DNA of 64,000 nucleotides from Lama guanicoe (Eukaryota). The position numbers were made by a program, and so were the translations under genes. The stretch lies in contig MU054323.1 in the NCBI GenBank assembly GCA_013239625.1, positions 7,739,220-7,803,219 of the forward strand, written 5' to 3'. The notes below the pieces were generated by a model. That model had not been told where the DNA came from, did no database searches, and saw only the letters and a list, made by a program, of their open reading frames with translations. Numbering within the stretch: position 1 is the stretch's first letter; every line of letters starts with the position of its first letter. This document shows positions 12,151 through 24,846 of this stretch, piece after piece.

Positions 12151-14708
12151 ATTCAAAAAAAGATAGGAAAGAAAGCAAGAAAGCTATTTCCATTAGAAAA
12201 AAAATACAGGGTTTGGAGTCCGGTAGATCTGAGTTTGAATGCTGGCTCTACCCCTAAAGGTTTGTTACCTTGGGACGTGGCTTATTATCTCTGAGCCTCA
12301 GATACCTCATCCCAGTCCTGCAGAACTGCTGAGATTAAAGATAAGCCCTCAGCAAGGGCTCAACACATGGCAGCTGCGATTATTTATTCTCAATTCCACT
12401 TGCTAATTTCAAACAGGGATACAAATGAGCATGAAAAAAGCCAAAAGGCAGACAGCGAGAAGACAGAAGAGAAGAAACAGGCTGAGTGATTCAGAGATAG
12501 GACATTCTGTCCTTGAATAGAGCAAGCCGTGCAGGAGCCAACAGAACAATGCCTGCCTTCTGCAGCCGAGAGTAATGAGAAACAGCATTCTCATGGTTTC
12601 TTATCAAGTGTACATAAGAGTACTGGACCCCACTCAGGGTCCCTGCTGACCCCTCTTTATAGATGAAAACAAGGAAAGATGAGGCTGTGGAAGTCCCAGC
12701 TCCAAGAGGTGTGAGGCTGTGGCTGTGCAGAGCAGCAGCCTCGGTGGGAGGGGAGGGGGAATATTAGTAAAATAATAACGTATCATTTATAAGGTACATC
12801 TATGCATTCCATTTGAACTACACAGCAACCTCCTGAGGTGTAGACAGGGCAGACAAGGAGACTGAGGCTCAGAAAAGGGAAGTGCTTTTTGCATCTAAGG
12901 CCATACAATTAGGAAAGACTCAGAACTGAACCTTTCCAAATACTTTTTATGATGCTGTGCTGTCTTTCGGGAGTACACACGGCCCGAGTATGCTCTGAAG
13001 GCTGCAGGCTCTGGGAACAGGACAGGGGGACAGGGCTGGGCGAGCAGAGCAGTGGCTCAGTGTGAATTGGCAGCCTGACCCAATAAAGATGCCAGGGCTA
13101 TTCTGGGTGGCAGGCGGGAAGGAGGGGTGGGGGAGGGGAGTCTGTAATTGGGACACCAGACTTCCCATCTTCTCTCTCCTGTGCCCCAGGCCTACTTTCC
13201 ACAACTGATCCCTCTGTAGTAAGCAGACTGTGGCTGACTGAGCCTGGAATGGCGGCCTGGCTCTGCATGTATCCGCCCCTCAAACCAACAGTTATCCGGT
13301 GCTGAGTAGAACCTCAGAGTTCTCTTAGGACCCTCCCTCCAGATAGCTGCTATCACAATATCGTTTTTTTTCCTTTAATATTAAAAAGTCCTCTCTCAGC
13401 CCCACCTCACAGGCTGACCTGAGTCTTATCATCAGCTGTATGCTCACCCACTTTCCTCTCCTGTTCTGAAAACAGGCATCCAACATCGTCAGCTGTTTTC
13501 CTTCCAGGTCCTTTACAGGCACCTGCCCCAGCAAATCCCACTTTTCTCCATGATCTGGTCCCTCCGACCTCGCAGGCGGTCAGCTGTCCCCCTGTGGGAC
13601 CCCCTGCATGGCGAGCCTCCCACTCCTCTTCCCCTTTCCCCTGCACACTTCCCACATCCTGCCTCGGAAGGCTAAGATTTCTCCTTGTTTCAGACTCTCA
13701 GTTGTCACAGTCCTGGGACTGAATCTAGGGAGTCAACCCAGAGCTGAGAAGGTTCTGAGGTAAACTCTGCCTCTGTGACGAAACTGATTTAACTTTCTAC
13801 CCCAATTCTATTTACAGTGAGGAAAGCTCCCTCTCTCAACTTGGAGGCAGCCTGAATAAAAAAAATCAAAATCCAAAAGAAAAGCAACAAGCCAAACTGC
13901 CCTTCCACGGCACTCCTAGGGGTTGACGGAAACTGGTTTCTCTGGCGTCTCCACGATTAGGATGGTGGCTTATTGGGACGATCGCAACCATTTCTGGACC
14001 ATCTCCTCTGTGCCTGGTGCTGGTCTGCAGCCTCACGTGATCTCACTTCCACCTCGACAATCCTGCAGGGACTTTTGTTTTATTATTCCAACTTTGCAGG
14101 TGAAGAAACTTGCGTTCAGAGAGGTTACAAAGCCTTCTCAAGGGAGAGCAGGGACTAGAATGTTCTAAATCCAAAGTCTAATCTCTTTTTACAGCACCAC
14201 GACGCCTCTGAAAAGACTCCCACGAGGCAGGGATTGCAAACACCAAAGGGCTAAAGTTACAAATAGGATTTTGTGAACTGTCAACCATGGGCTACAGATA
14301 TTGCCAAACACACAACGCTTGGAAGACAGTTTTGTGTAAACACAATTAAAAATGAAGTCTATCATGCACCACCAAAAAGAAAAGGTCATACTTGTAAAAG
14401 TTACTGCTGGAGCTGGCTGCAGACTTTTTTTTTCCAAAGTAATTTGAACACAAAATTGTTTGTGATTGTGGAAGGCACCTCACCTGAAGCTATTGTGTAT
14501 CAACCAGGGGTGGCATAGAAACAGTGGAGGAAAAAAGAATAAAGAGATAGACTTCCAAAATAAGTTGATACCAGCATGTTTTCAAGAGCTCCCTGACAAT
14601 AACTCCTTGTCTGAGAGGCCTGGGAAAGAGTGTGTGGGGTAAAGGCTTGTAGCTACAGCAGGAGGAGGGGGGAAATTTTTTTTTTTTTTTTTACAACAAA
14701 AGCTTTCT

Positions 14709-15242
14709 TTTTCTTCAGTATTGCTTTGGCAATCGTGGGTCTTTTGTGATTCCATATACATTTTAGGATTATTTGTCTCAGTTCTGTGAAAAATGTCCTG
14801 GGTAATTTGATAGGGATCGCATTAAATCCGTAGATTGCTTTGGGTAGGATGGCCATTTTAACAATATAGATTCTTCCGATCCAAGAGCATGGGATATCTT
14901 TCCATTTCTTTAATTCATCTTTAATTTCCTTTATCAATGTTTTATAGTTCTCAGCACGTAAGTTCTTCACCTCCTTGGTCAGGTTTGTTCCTAAGTATTT
15001 TATTTTCTTTGAAGCAATTTTAAAAGGGATTGTTATTTTACTTTCCTTTTCTGATATTTCATTGTTTGTGGAAAGAAATGTAACAGATTTCTGCATGTTA
15101 ACCTTGTAACCTGCTACCTTGCTGAATTCATTTATTAGCTCTAGTAGTTTTTGTATAGAGTCTTCAGGGTTTTCTATATTTAGTATCATGTCATCTGCAT
15201 ATAGTGACAATTTTGCCTCTTTCCTTCCAATTTGGATCCCTT
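14709..15242 (-). mobile_element. Young internal L1 ORF2 (RT) fragment with TSD and no 3' UTR or poly(A)
   Basis: Uninterrupted frame [20 protein letters not shown]...[12 protein letters not shown]...AKAILKK; TSD CAACAAAAGCTTTCT at 14694-14708 and 15243-15257. Confidence 0.93.
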
Positions 15243-15622
15243 CAACAAAAGCTTTCTAAAGAGCAGCATGACTTGAGGTAACTTCTTTCCAACAATGCTT
15301 TTTCCCTCTCCTTTTGAGCAGTCTTTGGTATGTTCGTCCCCAGAATACCACAGGCCAAAGTGAAGCAAAATATTCCACACTTGAGTTGAGCAAATGGGAC
15401 AGTGTCCTGATTAGTTAAATATGCTTTGGAAAGAGTTTTCAGCCCTGATTAAGTTCTGCTGTAAATAGTGGGACCCAGTTCCTCCCAGGGAGGCAGCTTG
15501 TTTTAAAGCCTCCAGCCCCAGGACTCACTGAAATGGAGGAAGCTGCATCCAAGGACCTTCCCACCCTCAGCCTTCTGTGGTGAGAGGAGGGGCTGGGGGC
15601 AGATAGTCTCAGACGTCCAGGC

Positions 15623-17120
15623 CAGCGACTCTCAAACCATGATGCTACCCCGGGGCTCTCTGTGCTAAGTCACAATCACACTTGGGAATTCTAATTAGGA
15701 CGGAATTGTTTTTACTTTTAACCACCAACTATTGCTAAAAAAAAAGAGAAAAAAAGTACTTAAAATTTTTTGTTTCATATAAAAACTTCCTAGATTATTG
15801 TTACTTTTCTTTTGTCTTTTTGTGATTTTTTTTTTAAGTTCTGAAGACAAATATTATTTATTGCAGTTATCAGACAATGGACAATGAAAAAGAAAAGGAT
15901 GATTAAGAAAAAGAAAATAATTTGTAGTAGTAATTCAGAATAGTATGTAGTTGATTACCTGGTATTTATTAGTAAGTCTTTTGGAAGTAATTTATTTATT
16001 GGAATTTTTTCTTAAATCTATAATACCTGCTTATATCATCCGTACTTAAGTACAGTGGAGAACACTGGGATGTCACACTTGCCTTAATACCTTTTACCCT
16101 TACCTAGATATATTTTGATATTTTCTACACAAAAAAATATATACTCTGTATGTATTCTGAGGAGGTACATACATATTCTGTAAAAAACCGCATAGTTAAG
16201 TTGTGAATATACTTAACCATAATTTAAAAAAAAAACCTTGTGAAGGTATTTATCTCTTTTACATTGTTAATATGAAATTTTGAGGGAAGATGGTCTATTT
16301 GAGACTCAGTTAGAACCATTGCTAATATACCCCAGCAAATGCAGGCTGGGGAGCAGCTGTGCGCAGATTTAACACAAAGGGAGATATATGTCAGGATTGA
16401 TTCTTCCCGAAGAGTTATGGAAAAGAAAACACTGCAGAGTAAGCTCAAGCAAGCAGGAATGATCCGAGTTTTCAGGCTTTCTAATGGCAAAGAAAACACT
16501 GAATCTTTCTTTGCATTACTTTCCTAGAGCAGGAAGGATGCTGGGGGGAAAGGGTGGGGGAAATCACAAGAGAAGGGAAAGGTGGGAAAAGCAGCTAGCT
16601 TGCTCCTCTGGGTCTCACTCAGGACAGGGGGCTGTCAAGGGGGCTTTCGGAGGCCCACAAAAGAGCATGTAAACAGCACAAATTCGTCTTCAAAGCAAAG
16701 AGAGGGATGAGAGGCCAGGATAGGCAGTAGTTCAACAGTAAGTAAAGATACTAATCTATATTTTGGAAAACAACTTCCTTTTTAAAAGATATTCCTGGAA
16801 TCTACTCTAAAAATTATTTTACAAGAACTATTTTAAGACAGCTATTTTAATTTTAAAGATCTGTGAATGGTTTTTCAGTGTATGACAAACATTTTCTTTT
16901 GCAAAAAAGAGAAACATGTGATTTAAAATGTTTTCTAATTGAAAAGTTTGAGTTTCATAAAAGGAAGAACTTAAAAAAAAACAGAAATAAAAAATGGAAA
17001 TTCATAAATATTAAGCAGAAAGCTTATCTCAGCTTCAGGTAAAGAACCCACCATGCTTTAAAGTCTGGCTTGCGTGCTGAGGCGGTCAAGGAAAAATTAA
17101 AGGGGCAATGGTTTGAGAAA
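15623..17120. mobile_element. Possible degenerate hAT (Charlie-like) DNA transposon
   Basis: Inverted repeat TCTCAAACCAT (15630-15640) / ATGGTTTGAGA (17108-17118), left end CAGcgacTCTCAAA, AT-rich interior. Confidence 0.4.
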
Positions 17121-17174
17121 TAAATAAACTCCTCTGAAGCATGAAACTTCCAAAACTCAAATCAAGATCCCTTC

Positions 17175-17625
17175 TCAGTTCCAGATTAAAGGAGACTGAA
17201 GAGGCATGACAATTAAATGCAGTGCACCATCGTAGGTGGGCCAGTCGGGGGTGGGGAGAATTGCCATAAAGGACATTATTGAGATAACTAGCTAAAATTG
17301 AATATTGCCTATATAATAGTCTTGTGTCAATACAGAATTTCCTGAATTTGATCACTGTACTGCACTTATGTAAGAGAATGTCCTCATTCTTAGGAAATAC
17401 GGGTAAAGGGCTGACTGCAACTTAATCTCAAATGGCTGGGTGGAAGGGAAATTAATAAAGCCAGATGTGGCGAAATGCTAACAACTGGTGAATTTGGAGA
17501 CGGGTATATGGGAATTCGCCAGATGTGGCGAATTGCTAACAACTGGTGAATTTGGAGACGGGTATATGGGAATTCTTTCTACCATTCTTGCAATTCTTAT
17601 TTTTCAAAATTAAAAATTAAAAAAA
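17175..17625 (+). mobile_element. Old L1 (L1MC/L1ME-like) 3' end containing a 58-bp tandem duplication
   Basis: ccagattaaaggagactgaagaggcatgacaattaaatgca... resembles the element near 2150. Confidence 0.7.
17460..17575. repeat. Tandem duplication, 2 x 58 bp, 1 mismatch
   Basis: gccagatgtggcgaa(a/t)tgctaac...gggaattc repeated head to tail. Confidence 0.95.
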
Positions 17626-18334
17626 CATGCCTTCTCAGAGCCTTTCTCATCTCATCTCTATCCAATGTAAAGAAATTCCTCTACCTACAAATTCAAGAAC
17701 TTTTAAAGCACAACATTAGCATACAGAGCAGCAGCCTCGCCAGGGTCTTCTTCCAGCAGATGGCACTGGAGTGATAGTTTCTGAACCTGGCTTGTAGAAT
17801 CAGCAGGAAGCTTTGAAAAACAAATTTTAAGTCCCGGGATCCACCCTTTAAATCAGACTGTCTGGTACCCAGCTCACAGGTGATTCTAGTTGCAGCCAGG
17901 GTGGAGAACTTCCACATTAGATGCTGTACAACTGCAGGTCTCTACTTAGATTGGAAAGGTGGGTTTTAAATCCAAAGTGACACCATCGAAAAGTCCTTTA
18001 CTCACGAACTTGCCACTTACAAAACTTGCCTAGTGTTGCCTTGGGTAGGATCAGCCCCTCAGAATGTAGACAAGAGTAAGTAGGCATCTGATGCTCCAGG
18101 GAGAAGCTGTAGACTTCTACAGCTAGCTTCCCACTCTAGCTTTGGGAAGACTCCTGCCCTAACTCGGCATTAATATTCCTAGAATAGATAGAGCAAAGAA
18201 TCTCCAGGGAGTGCACTGGTGTCCAGCCTCCTGAACATCTCTGTACACAGATTTTCAGTTAAAGGACAGTAGTCTGGCTGGGTGAGGCAGTCATTCTGTT
18301 GGGTTTGAATAGCCAACCTTATTCTTCATGGCCA

Positions 18335-18350
18335 CCAGCAGAGGGAGCTG
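18335..18350 (+). promoter_or_regulatory. Candidate CTCF site in intron 5
   Basis: CCAGCAGAGGGAGCTG, one mismatch to the CCASYAGRKGGCRS core; motif only. Confidence 0.45.
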
Positions 18351-18932
18351 TACACCCAGCCAATGGATGTGGACTGTACCTAAGAACTATGATGAGGAAA
18401 CAGGTGGAAATGCTGAATCACCCAGCTGAGTGAGGCTACAAAGCCCTCGCACCTCCATCATTTCCTGGTCTGATTCCTATTCTGTATTCCCCATTGGACT
18501 GTGAGCTCTGTGTCTGATTGACCTTCTGTCTGCAGAGTCTCCCATGGTGCCCGACACACAGTAAATGCCTGGCAATATTACCTTGTTGCTGTTTTTGGCA
18601 TCTGACAAATGAATATTCACCAGACTGGCCAAATGTTAGCATTTACGGGAACTGTCAAGAGGCTGAGATGCTCTTCCTCCCCTCTTTAGGCCCCTCACTG
18701 GGTATTTTCTAAAACGCAGGCCAAGGAGACACTTCCTTCATTCTGTATTTGTCAGAATACCCTTCCTTCATGGAAAGCCTATGTTAGGTCCTGAGAAGCC
18801 CATCCTCCAACTGCATCCTTCCCAGCCCTGCCCAATCCACGGAACACTCTATCTCCCCATAGGCCGCTGGCCACCCGCAACCTGGGGTGAGCTTGTGAGC
18901 CCCTAGACACAGACACACGGTGAGAGACTCAC

Positions 18933-19049
18933 GCTCCGCCGGGCATGAGGGGCTGGAACTTCCACTGCTCCTCCTCACAGTCTAGGAAAAGCCGGTTCAT
19001 GATCTTGTTCTTCTCTTCAGGGGGGATGAAGTTCTCGATGATTAGATAC
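18933..19049 (-). CDS. KIF3C: KIF3C coding exon 5 ([15 protein letters not shown]...FQPLMPGG)
   Basis: Acceptor tcccag|G, donor GC|GTGAGT; 117 nt; conserved kinesin-2 IENFIP motif. Confidence 0.96.
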
Positions 19050-19525
19050 CTGGGAGCAGGGAGGACGTAGAGATGGGGATTTGGGGAGTGAGAGACCACA
19101 CATTGTAAGTGAAGGTTGAAAGATGAGAAGCAAGAAGCAGAGAGGCACAAGGAACAAAGAAGGCGGAGACACCAAAAAGCTGGGAGGAGGGGATCCCAAT
19201 GGAAACAACAGAGCTTGAAAGTCATGGTTTCTAACGCAAAGAACATAGGCTAGGGCTTTAGGAGGTATTTGGGGGCAGCACCCAGCATGCACTTTTCGGG
19301 GTTCATCAAATGAAGGGAGAGGCAGGAGGAAACAGAGGAGGCAGGAGAAACTCCAGATGGCCGCCCCTCCATCCCTCAGACACACTCTATTCCTGAGGTA
19401 TGCAGACATATGGCCCAGTAGACAGTCAGAACAAAGCCTTCAGGAAGGAGAGGAGCCTGGAAGGGAGAGGCCCAGGGCCCAAGGGATGGTTGTGAGGGCC
19501 CCAGATGGCGGATGGGGGGCCCTAC

Positions 19526-19644
19526 TTGAGCTTGAGTTCCCGGGTCTGCTCGTTCTGCGCCTCCTCCAGGTCCTGTCGCACGCGGATGTACTCGTCATGC
19601 TGGTCCTGGATCTCCGCCTTCACCGCCTGCAGCTTGGCGTAGAG
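19526..19644 (-). CDS. KIF3C: KIF3C coding exon 4 ([14 protein letters not shown]...TRELKL)
   Basis: Acceptor acccag|CTC, donor CAA|GTAGGG; 119 nt, ends in phase 2. Confidence 0.96.
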
Positions 19645-20799
19645 CTGGGTGGGGACAGGTGCAGCTCAGGGGCTGGCCAGTGAGGCACCGAGGCTTCGGT
19701 CACCCAGCCTGGGCCCCCACGGCTGCAGGCTCATGGTCCACCAGCCCAGTCCAGTATGAGGCCAGGGCTCAAGTCTGAAACTCCCTCCGGCCCCACCGGG
19801 AATCAAAACGGGTTATTCTAAGGGCTGCCCTGTCCCTCCTGCACTGTGGCCTGTTACCCTGCTCCCTCTCAGCTGCTGTCCGCATCTGGCAATGTTCAAA
19901 TTTGAAGGGACTCAAGGTGCCTTTTGGTCAAACACCCTCTTTTTATAGATGAGGAAACTCAAGCATAGACTTGCTCAAGGTCACACAACTAGGTAACAGA
20001 AGAGCCAGCATCAGGACCCGAGCATCAGGACCGCTGGTCCAGGGCTCAGGGAAGGGAGGGAGCCAGTTTGGAAGGCGACCCATCCCACTCCTGCCTCCTC
20101 AGCAGCCCTCAAAAGTAGGGGTGTGGAGGGCAGCACTAACCCCCCTGTCCCACTCCTAATCCACTGAAAGTTGTGTCCCTGGAAACTGCCACCATGGCTG
20201 GGCCTCTGCCTGGCCTGCTCTGGGGCAGCCACCTCAGCAATCCTAAGGACTCTCAGATTCTTCCAGAATCCAGGTGGAATTTGCTGTTTCCTGCCCTGGA
20301 CCCTCAGCTCAGGCACACGCCTTTCCCCAGCCATGGACTCTGCAGGGCCCTGGTGGCCGAGACTCTCATCCCTTTTAGTGTCCTTGGGGCCCTGTGTTTC
20401 CTCCCTGGGCTCTCCCAGGCTTGCGCCTCCTCGGGCCTCCTCACCACTTCCCTGGCCTGCTTTCTGCCTGGACTTCCAAACTCTGATTCACTGGTGACAC
20501 TGGAAAGGGGAAGGTTACCCAGGACCACGTGGATGGCAGCCCTGGAGAGTGGGAATGAAAGTGCTTCCCGCCTATGGGCCCTGCCCCACCCCAGAGAAAA
20601 GGCTCTACTCCACCCCAACTGGCCCCCCGCCACCCCCGCTCCTCACCCCAGCACCCAGGCAACAGAACTCAGGGCGTGAGCCACTCAGGCCAAGTGGGGC
20701 AGGGCCGCTAAAGCACACTCCCTTTGGGCAGGTGCCCGTCTTGGGCGGAGGCTGTCAGGCCCTCGCGCACTGTGACCTTGTCCTGCTGTGGCATCTCAC

Positions 20800-20922
20800 C
20801 TTCTTGAGTTTCTTGGTTTTGACCTCCACTTCCTGCTGCAGGGACGTGTAGGTGCCACGGAGCTCCATGGTCTCCTCGTCCCGGAGCAACATCTCCTGCT
20901 GCATTTCCCGCTCGCGGCGTTT
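20800..20922 (-). CDS. KIF3C: KIF3C coding exon 3 ([10 protein letters not shown]...VKTKKLKK)
   Basis: Acceptor gcctag|AAA, donor AAG|GTGAGA; 123 nt; coiled coil. Confidence 0.96.
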
Positions 20923-21592
20923 CTAGGCCAAGCAGGGTACGGGGCTCAGTGGAGCAGCACGTACTGGGGAAGGCCAAGGGAGCTCGGGGGGCTGGCTCGG
21001 TCTGCTTAGCACGGAAGCTGGCTTCATTGCGGCCACATGTGCGTCCCGTGTCTCAGATCCATTGCTCCCACCCCATCCTCAGTGGAGCCTCTCTGAACCT
21101 TCTCAGCTCATATGGCCATGCTTTCACCAGCCACTGCCCCATGAGGAAGGAGACCCCAGCCCAAATAGCTGGTGCCTTCCAGGGGTGTCAACCACATATA
21201 CAGATGCCCAGCAGATTGGCTCCCCAGCTGCCTCAGCCTCTCCCATGTCACACAGTTGACTGGTAAGACCAACAAACTGTGGTTCTTGATGATTTAGGAC
21301 ACAGTCATTCAGTTGGCAAAGAACTCACACCCTCATAGTGGAGGGCCCAGGAATTCATGCCAGGTGAATTTTGGAGGTTGACATCACAGAGAGCCACCAC
21401 TTGCACTCACCCACCAGCTACCAGAAGCAGGCCCCTGGGCAGGTGGACCATGGGATGCAGGGCAGCAGGTCCTAGGTTCCCAGCACTGTAACTCCAGAGA
21501 TCCTGAGTCCTTGATGACTCACTGCCCTGAGTCCCCCAGACGTGGCCTCGGGGCCTTGCACCCGCCAGGGACCTGAAGCCCCCCAGCCCTAC

Positions 21593-21694
21593 CTGCTCGG
21601 CAATCTCCTGCCTCCTCAGTTCCAACATCTTCTGCTGCTCGTTGGTGTGGTCCATGATGTTCCTGCCCCCAATGAGCAGCTTGCTCTCCATGGC
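21593..21694 (-). CDS. KIF3C: KIF3C coding exon 2 ([10 protein letters not shown]...RRQEIAEQ)
   Basis: Acceptor ccccag|GCC, donor CAG|GTAGGG; 102 nt; kinesin-2 stalk sequence. Confidence 0.96.
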
Positions 21695-23189
21695 CTGGGG
21701 ACACACAGGGGTGAAGAGATGGGCTGTGGGGCTTTCCAAAGGGCCACAGTAGCCCCAGCTTGAGAGGTTTGGCTTCCCTGCTCTGTGGTCCTTCCAGGAG
21801 GGGACACAAGTTGGGGCCCACATGGGGCCTCATGACCCCCACTGAGAATGAAGTTTCCCCTCCAGCCTCCTGGGGCCCTGCACAAGGCTCCTATTGTCGG
21901 CAGGACCATTAGGTGAGACAAAGAGAGGGAATCCCTCTGAGAATACAGGGCACCTGATCTGTTTGCTTTGGATACGGATGGAAGGCTGGTTCATCATGCC
22001 TGGGAAGGGAGTGCGGGCGGCAATCTAATCCTGGCAACTCAGACCCAGCTGGTGTTCAGGAGGCGGGGAGACAGAGGATACGGTCACCGGGCAGCCCACC
22101 CTTTAACTAGCTGGCTCCCAACTCAGGAAGAGGGCTCTCACACAGGCAGCGGGAAGGCCCTAATCTGCAGCTGCAGGGCAGAAGGAAAGCCAGAGGGAGA
22201 AGACTCTGCAACACTAAGGGGCATATGGGACACTAGAAGCAGCACAAGCTTTGGAGATGACCAAGAAGACTTGGGCTCACCATTAACTGCCCGGCCTCGG
22301 CCGAGTGACCCCTTCCTCTCTCATGTCTGTAACGCTGGAACTGCCTCTGCTCCAAGATGGCCAGCAAACATGGGCTGAGCACCCTCGGCCAGGTGTCTCC
22401 ATCCTCACCCTCAGGGACCCCAGCCAACAAGGGGAGGAACTGGGAGCAACTAGCCTCAGGTCACACAGCTAGTTACCAAAAAGGTGAACTCTGAGCCCCA
22501 CCCCAGCCTCCCCACTGAGCCCCGTGCTGTGTGAAGCCCCCTGCCCAGTGCTTGGCACAGGCATTCTGTAAGCGCTTGCTGAATCTGAAGCTTAAATAAT
22601 GATGGACTTGTGTAAATGGTGACCATAGTGACTACATAAAATGCCTTTTCACTACTGCTAATCAGAGGGTGCTGCCCCAGGGCACCCCAGCTGTCCTCTG
22701 ATCTCATCCCAGGCCTCCCGGAAGGTTGAAATCACCTTGAGCCACCAGAAGAAATTGGCTGCCTCCCCACTGGAATTCTTCCCAGTGGAAGCAGCTGACC
22801 TGGGGGAGGGCTCTCAAAGCAGGGGGTCCCTGTGCTACCGCGAGGGCCCCATCCATCCTGGAGGGCGGAGCAGGGTTTGAGGGCTGATTTTGGAGGGTCA
22901 GAGGTTGGGCTACGTGAAGACGCCAGAGGACACTGAGCAAAGCAGGGCCAGTCCCAGCTGCCGCAGGGGAGCTGCTGCAGAGGAAGGCACCCTCGCCAGA
23001 CAGCCACTGCTGCTCCAGCACCTCCCGCAGGCCCCGCTTCTGGCTAGCGTCTCCCCAGGTACCCACCCCCATGGCACAGACCTCAATTCATCCAAGACTC
23101 CTTCTCACTCAAAGTTGGCACATGTCCACCCGTTGAGTGAGCGACTCCTTAAGTTTTGTGCCCTGGGCACCTTCCCCCCATCAGGTAAG

Positions 23190-23910
23190 GCCCCACCCTG
23201 CATCTCTCTCACCCCTATATCTGGCCAGTCATTAAATCCCATCAAGTCTGTCTTCTCTGCATGACGCACACCACTCCCTCCTTTTCATCCTCATGACTGC
23301 CAACGTCACTGTGATCCTCATGACTCACCTGGATCATTGCAACGAGTTCCCCACTGCCTCAGTATCCCTTTCCATCCCTCTCCACTTGACACCCAAGGGG
23401 ATCCACCAAAAATCAAGTCTGAACATGCCTTTCCTCTGTTGCAAACTATTGAAAGGGCCTCCATTCCTCACAGGATAAACCCCAAAGTCTCTAGCAGTTA
23501 CAGGCCCCGAGGGTGGGCCTCACTTACTTCCCATGTGTGCTTTGTGCTCTGGCCTCACGGGAAGAATTCCGGCCCCCTGAATGGGCTGTGCCTTTTCACA
23601 ACACTGGGCATCTCTCCCCGCTCCCCGTCCAGCTGGGAAACGGCTACTTCTCCTGCAAGACACAGCTTGAGCATCTTGGGAGGGTTTCTCTGATTCCCTC
23701 AACTCTGCACGTTTCCTCCCTTGGGCCTCCCCAATAACCAGGACACTTTCCTACCATTTTCCCATATTGTACCATTGTTTGTGTACATCCTGTCTCCTCT
23801 GTGAGCTCCTTCAGATCAGGAATCATGCCTCACTCATATTGGAGTCCTAGGGCTTAGCACAGTGCCCGGCACGTAGGAAGTGCTCCATACACGTTAGGTG
23901 AATGGAAAGA
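23190..23910 (+). mobile_element. L2 fragment with 3' end
   Basis: Typical L2 3' region ending cttagcacagtgcccggcacgtaggaagtgctc...gtgaatggaa. Confidence 0.7.
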
Positions 23911-24659
23911 AATTGTTAGGGTGGCCTCAGAGGGGCCTTTCAGGTCCTTTCTCTGGACTCTCTCATCCAGAGCAGAACTGGATCTTCAGCCCAGGTTCTC
24001 CGACATTAAGCGGTCAACTCACACTCATTGGCCAAGGGGCAGAGCAGCAGGGTCTGAGCATCTGGGAAGCCTGGCAGGAGGGATGGGCTGGGTGTGAAGA
24101 GGGAGAAGGAGAGAAGGCAGCAGCTCTGCTTGGACCTGGAGGAAGCCCCCGACTGCCATAGGCCATGGATAACTCATCCCTCAAACTATCAGGGAATGGC
24201 ATTTGGGGGGACCTGGTGTCTGGCCTGGTCTCCCATTCTAGGACACACTTGTCCACCCCAGCCCTGAGTCCTTGCACTTCCCTTGGCATTTTATGTGGCC
24301 CAAGTGGTCTTCACTCCTTGCCATCTAACAGAAAGACACTAGGTCTTAAAACTGTTTGCATATTAGAATCACCTGGGGAGATTTTAAAACTCCCAATGCC
24401 GGGCCACATGGCAGGATTACCTTGGTCCCTACCCCTCGAGAGTGGCAGTGAGAACTCCCAAGCCAGATGCCCTAGAGCTGACGCTAGTAAGGAAGGCACA
24501 GGGCAACAGCTGGTGCCCTGCTTTTTCCTGCCTGATTTAAAGACTCAGGACGAGGCTGGAGGGAGCAGCACAGGGCAAAGAACCAAGAAGACCATTCTTT
24601 TCTTTGCACCTGCTATGTGCCAGGAGCCTCACATTTACTCCTGCTAATAACCCTTTAAG

Positions 24660-24846
24660 CAGTGGGTCTCAACGTTTGATGGGCATTAGAATCACCTGGA
24701 GAGCTTTTAACAGGCTCAGTGCCCAGGCTACACCCCATTGCCAGTTAAATTGGAACTGGAGGGGGGCAAGTGGGGAGGTCCAGGCATTGGTGGTTTTTGA
24801 AGGTTCCCAGGGGATTTCAATGTGCAGTCAAATTTGAGAATCACTG
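24660..24846. mobile_element. MER5A-like hAT-Charlie MITE
   Basis: TIRs cagtgggtctcaa / ttgagaatcactg; internal ttagaatcacctggag. Related pieces at about 2860-2975, 17770-17915, 24340-24410 and 24853-24970. Confidence 0.75.

Noticed and set aside
14653..15210. 185-aa RT ORF as a functional or domesticated reverse transcriptase gene
   Set aside because: Only a partial RT (N-terminal subdomains and endonuclease missing), non-ATG ORF start, no promoter; being intact reflects young age.
20007..20032. 12-bp direct repeat AGCATCAGGACC x2
   Set aside because: Small slippage duplication inside a MIR; not an array.
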